This document shows, one piece after another, positions 62,926-64,000 of a stretch of 64,000 nt of DNA (positions are counted from its first letter, which is position 1; every line of letters starts with the position of its first letter). The notes below the pieces were generated by a model. It worked only from the letters and a program-made list of their open reading frames with translations, had not been told where the DNA came from and ran no database searches. Origin of the DNA: Hypanus sabinus (lineage: Eukaryota); NCBI RefSeq assembly GCF_030144855.1, contig NC_082706.1, forward strand, positions 15,004,001 through 15,068,000, written 5' to 3'. A program made the position numbers and the translations under genes.

Positions 62926-63619
62926 AGAATGTGTCTGGAAGAGTTTCACCTTTGCAATATATGGAGACTAAGTTTGGAAACACACAATGTTATTGATAAC
63001 TGTTGTGTTTGAGCAAACAAAATACAGGAATGCATTTATATTGATGCTTCAGATGTTTGTTCTTCAGCCACATTTGATTTTTAGTTTCCTCCCATGGGAG
63101 ACAGTGTTTCAGCACTGATCACTGCAATTATCAATTAAAGTTAGTGAAGATTCAGCATTGAAATTTTATCAGGTGTACATTGAAAAATCCAGTAAGATGC
63201 ATGATTTGTATTAGCAACCAACACAGCTGAGGATGTGGTGGGTGCAGCGCACAAGCATCGCCACACATTGTGGCACCAATGTAGCATGTTCACGACATTA
63301 GCAGAACAACACAAGACACAACATGCAACAAAACAAGCCCTGTTCCTCCCTCCCACTCATGCACGTACACAGTCCTCTAAACACACGCCAGGCTGTATTT
63401 GGCCTCCAGTTGCCTCTGATTCGGACTAAGACATTCAGGCAGTGGGCCTTTGACTACCCCACTGAACTTGCAGAGATTCGCAGATCCGGGGTTCTGGCCA
63501 ATGGGTCACAACTTCCGTGCTTCCAATTCGACCTCAGGGCCTCGATCCCTTGATTCTGCACATTTGATGAATTGCATGCTGCACTGCATATTCTCACTGT
63601 CTTTTTTTTTAACTTTTAG

Positions 63620-63701
63620 GAACTCAAAATATGATTTATTTTCCAAGGACCTTGGCCTGGCAAGAGAATATTGTCTATTAGAAATGTACAAGAACAATGA
63701 A
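63620..63701 (+). CDS. Putative internal coding exon of an unidentified gene that continues beyond the window
   Basis: Strong acceptor tttttttttaacttttag, donor GAA|gtaagt, open frame NSKYDLFSKDLGLAREYCLLEMYKNNE; phase fits the 57648-57676 exon. Confidence 0.55.
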
Positions 63702-64000
63702 GTAAGTGTTGTTGCTGCTATGACTGGGACATTTGTACTAAGGACTATAAGATAATTGATGCTAAATTGAACGGAAGAATGCTTGTATCACCCTGGTGCT
63801 GATTCTTATATAGTTTCACTATATAGTATACTGGTTCAGTTTATAATCTACTGCTTTTACATAATGCTTACAAATCTACTATTCATTTACATAATCAATA
63901 CAAACGATCATTGTTCAATATAACATTTTTCAACTAAAGCAATATTGAAAGGACTTTGTTTGAACCTGATTTCCAGCAATTGCATTGGAAAGTTAGATAG

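Overview
Vertebrate genomic DNA, not prokaryotic. The repeat complement suggests a cartilaginous fish, probably a ray (inference). Most of the window is decayed transposable elements: CR1, Rex1/Babar-like and Tx1-like LINEs, Penelope-like elements, SINEs, and Tc1, Tigger and hAT DNA-transposon derivatives. Host content: (1) a complete 14-exon DDX56 DEAD-box helicase gene on + (27446-53527, 556 aa, all GT-AG, exon phases consistent); (2) a replication-dependent histone H2B gene on - (10912-11286) with TATA, octamer and CCAAT promoter elements and a 3' stem-loop, whose middle is an N-run that fits the missing codons exactly; (3) two tandem, heavily decayed histone H3 pseudogenes (about 19978-20760), one still followed by a perfect histone stem-loop, next to a 1.1 kb telomere-like G-rich minisatellite; (4) a CpG-island promoter near 57.2-57.7 kb that looks bidirectional, with two putative spliced genes I cannot identify. 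The most notable non-coding signal is a minimal type I hammerhead-ribozyme motif in the terminal repeat of the Penelope-derived family, present in about ten decayed copies. I see no convincing wholly new biological system. Nearly all ORFs in the supplied track are repeat-derived or spurious. TE boundaries are approximate.
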